Source: Solirubrobacterales bacterium (GTDB lineage: Bacteria; Actinomycetota; Thermoleophilia; Solirubrobacterales; Solirubrobacteraceae). From it: a stretch of 46,192 bases of DNA. Positions 44,669-46,192 of the stretch are shown in pieces. The notes below the pieces were generated by a model. That model saw only the letters and a list, made by a program, of their open reading frames with translations. It was not told the DNA's origin and searched no databases. Positions within the stretch are counted from its first letter, which is position 1; each line of letters begins with the position of its first letter. A program made the translations under genes and the position numbers. The DNA lies in NCBI GenBank assembly GCA_017354065.1, contig JAFMRN010000001.1, positions 1 through 46,192 on the forward strand, written 5' to 3'.

Positions 44669-45519
44669 CCGGCCAGCCCGTCGCTGGAGGCCTCATCGCC
44701 CCTGTGCAGGTCGGAAAGCCGGCCGAACAGCTGACGCGTGCGGGTCGGTGTGCCGACCACGCCGGGGGCAGACGCGTAGGCGAAGATCGCGGTGTGCCGC
44801 TCCTGGTGCCCTTCCACGGTGGTCACGCGGTGCAGGGAATAGCGGCCCCGGAACAGCTGTAGGTCGCCGATCCGCGGGCGCATCCGCCGGACCAGGTGCG
44901 GTGCTCGGCCGGCCAGCACGTCGGCCACGGCGGACTGGTTCTCGCTCTGGGGAGACCGGATCCCGGGGCAGAACTGGAACTCGCCACCGGCCTCCGGTGC
45001 CTGGGTCAACATGCTGACCGTGAACTCGTTGGTGTCGAAGTGCCAGGGGTGCGCGTTCCCGGGCTCCAACACGTTGAACACCAGCGCAGACAGGGGGTCG
45101 GCCAGCTCATGGATCTCGGGCAGCTCAAAGCAGTCGGCCAGGAACCGCTGGAACGCGCGGTTGGTGTACAAGCTCTGTACCACCGAGTCCTCGGGGATCA
45201 GGTCCCGCGCGACAAACGCGTTGCCGCGTCTCAGGGCTACGTGCGCCGGATGCTCCGCCGGGAGCGACGGGTCCGGCGCGGTGTTGTAGACATTGACGGT
45301 CTCAGTCCCGTGGTGCGCCCAGGGCGCGACACCGACGCCGGCCTCGGTGAACAAGTCCAGCTTGTCCGGTGCGACGAAGTCCGCCAGCACGCTGCAACCG
45401 CTGGCGCGAAGCTGTCTGCGGATGGCGGTGACGACGTCCGCGTAACCTGGTGAATCGGGCTCTGAGAGCGGGTAGCGGTCCTCATTGATGATTGCCGCGC
45501 TGGGGCTCAGAGTGCTCAT
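44665..45519 (-). CDS. Fe(II)/2-oxoglutarate-dependent dioxygenase (BesD/HalD-like fold, HxD hydroxylase type)
   Basis: WHFD, GGEF, GDLQLFRG, LHRVT..R facial-triad and 2OG motifs. Start set at ATG 45519. Stop overlaps the acyltransferase start (TTGA). Confidence 0.83.
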   Translation of the reverse strand: MSTLSPSAAIINEDRYPLSEPDSPGYADVVTAIRRQLRASGCSVLADFVAPDKLDLFTEAGVGVAPWAHHGTETVNVYNTAPDPSLPAEHPAHVALRRGNAFVARDLIPEDSVVQSLYTNRAFQRFLADCFELPEIHELADPLSALVFNVLEPGNAHPWHFDTNEFTVSMLTQAPEAGGEFQFCPGIRSPQSENQSAVADVLAGRAPHLVRRMRPRIGDLQLFRGRYSLHRVTTVEGHQERHTAIFAYASAPGVVGTPTRTRQLFGRLSDLHRGDEASSDGLAG

Positions 45520-45539
45520 CTGAACGACCGTCTCAGGTG

Positions 45540-45555
45540 TGTGCCCTTGCTCACA
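45540..45555. promoter_or_regulatory. CRP/GlxR-like site upstream of the dioxygenase
   Basis: TGTGC-N6-TCACA (9/10 match to TGTGA-N6-TCACA). Confidence 0.5.
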
Positions 45556-45663
45556 AGAGAGCGGGGTGAACCCCTCCCAACGGATGGGACCCATTAGGTC
45601 CAAAGGAACGGAGATCGCCCGGTTGTATGAACGCGCGGTGAATTCGCGCGAGCTTTGGCGAAC

Positions 45664-45681
45664 TGTGAGACGCTTCTCACA
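45664..45681. promoter_or_regulatory. Palindromic operator upstream of the acyl-CoA synthetase
   Basis: TGTGAGA-CGCT-TCTCACA, 9 nt before ATG 45691. Confidence 0.5.
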
Positions 45682-45690
45682 ACGAGTCAG

Positions 45691-46192
45691 ATGAGCGCTA
45701 ACCCGCAAACCCCCGCCTTTGCCGACCACCTCCGACCGGGCCGCGACGCCGCGCCGCGGTCAGGCGACTACGCCGGTGAGCGCGCACGCTTCAGGGTCGA
45801 GGCCCGCGAGCGCTACAACCCGGTCCTGGCGATCGTCGAATCCTGGGCCAGGGAGGACCCTCAAGCCCCGGCCGTGCTGTCACTCGACGCCGCCGGTGAG
45901 ATCGTCGCCGAGCAGACCGCGGCCGACTTGGCCGCGGCGTCGCGCAAGGCGGCGCGGGCGCTGCTGGCGGCCGGGATCGGCAAGGGTGACCGGGTGTTCG
46001 TGATGCTCGGCCGGGTGCCCGCCTGGCATGCGGCGATGCTCGGGGCTATGCGGATCGGTGCGGTGCCGATGCCCGGCCCAAACCTGCTGACGCCAAAGGA
46101 CATCGCGGACCGGCTGACACGCGCCGGGGCCAAGGCCGCGATCACGGACACGGCCGGTGCGGAGAAGGTCGACGCCACCGGGGTGGAGCTTC
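45691..46192 (+). CDS. Acyl-CoA synthetase (ACSM/medium-chain type), 3'-truncated by window edge
   Basis: Not in the ORF track; translated by hand: MSANPQ...RYNPVLAIVESWARED...GIGKGDRVFVMLGRVPAW...RIGAVPMPG...LTPKDIADRL, open to the window end. Confidence 0.85.
   Translation, partial: MSANPQTPAFADHLRPGRDAAPRSGDYAGERARFRVEARERYNPVLAIVESWAREDPQAPAVLSLDAAGEIVAEQTAADLAAASRKAARALLAAGIGKGDRVFVMLGRVPAWHAAMLGAMRIGAVPMPGPNLLTPKDIADRLTRAGAKAAITDTAGAEKVDATGVEL

Noticed and set aside
44665-45519. BesD/HalD-type radical halogenase
   Set aside because: The metal motif is H-F-D. Halogenases replace the carboxylate with Gly or Ala, so a hydroxylase is more likely.
45664-45681. Canonical CRP site
   Set aside because: The spacer between TGTGA and TCACA is 8 nt, not 6. 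The 29788 palindrome likewise has 5 nt. Kept only as unassigned palindromes.
45520-45729. Long N-terminal extensions in the ORF track (also 2605, 2970, 5218, 8178, 8860, 12175, 26348, 37445)
   Set aside because: They run through promoters or neighbouring genes. Downstream starts have RBS, coupling or leaderless support, or begin where family similarity begins.

Overview
High-GC actinobacterial chromosomal segment. The gene content (GlnR, DesA3/Rv3230c-like pair, many leaderless genes) fits Actinomycetota; Thermoleophilia/Solirubrobacterales is my inference. About 44 CDSs; no rRNA, tRNA, CRISPR array or transposase seen. Left to right: (1) 1-8.8 kb general-stress block: ThDP enzyme, enolase-superfamily enzyme, membrane protein, gluconate-2-DH-gamma-like protein, GMC oxidoreductase and MgtC in one operon; a divergent metallophosphoesterase/nucleotidyltransferase pair on a mirror-symmetric SigB/SigF-like promoter; and a small protein-ferritin-PfpI operon. 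(2) An orphan Flp/Tad-pilin-headed Cys-repeat protein. (3) A Tat-exported IorAB-type molybdoenzyme with XdhC, MocA and TetR, opposite a sterol-desaturase-family gene. (4) Lrp, USP, MarR, a hypothetical, an LvaA/LvaC (ACAD10/11)-like kinase + acyl-CoA dehydrogenase pair, and a glutathionyl-hydroquinone reductase. (5) A GlnR-boxed nitrate assimilation island: narK, glnR, a GlnA2-like protein lacking a catalytic Arg, a nitrate reductase-diaphorase fusion, nirBD and a truncated haemoglobin. (6) Membrane/GT-C genes, AMACR-like, ferredoxin reductase-desaturase, PrpE, a GAF two-component system, and a Fe/2OG dioxygenase-carnitine acyltransferase operon opposite a partial acyl-CoA synthetase. A 117-bp element with terminal inverted repeats occurs twice (15566-15682 and 38965-39081, opposite orientation). 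Best novelty candidates: the dioxygenase/carnitine-acyltransferase module, the 117-bp element, the GS-like/GlnR pair, the NTase/phosphoesterase pair and the pilin-headed repeat protein. All calls come from motif recognition by eye, without database searches.
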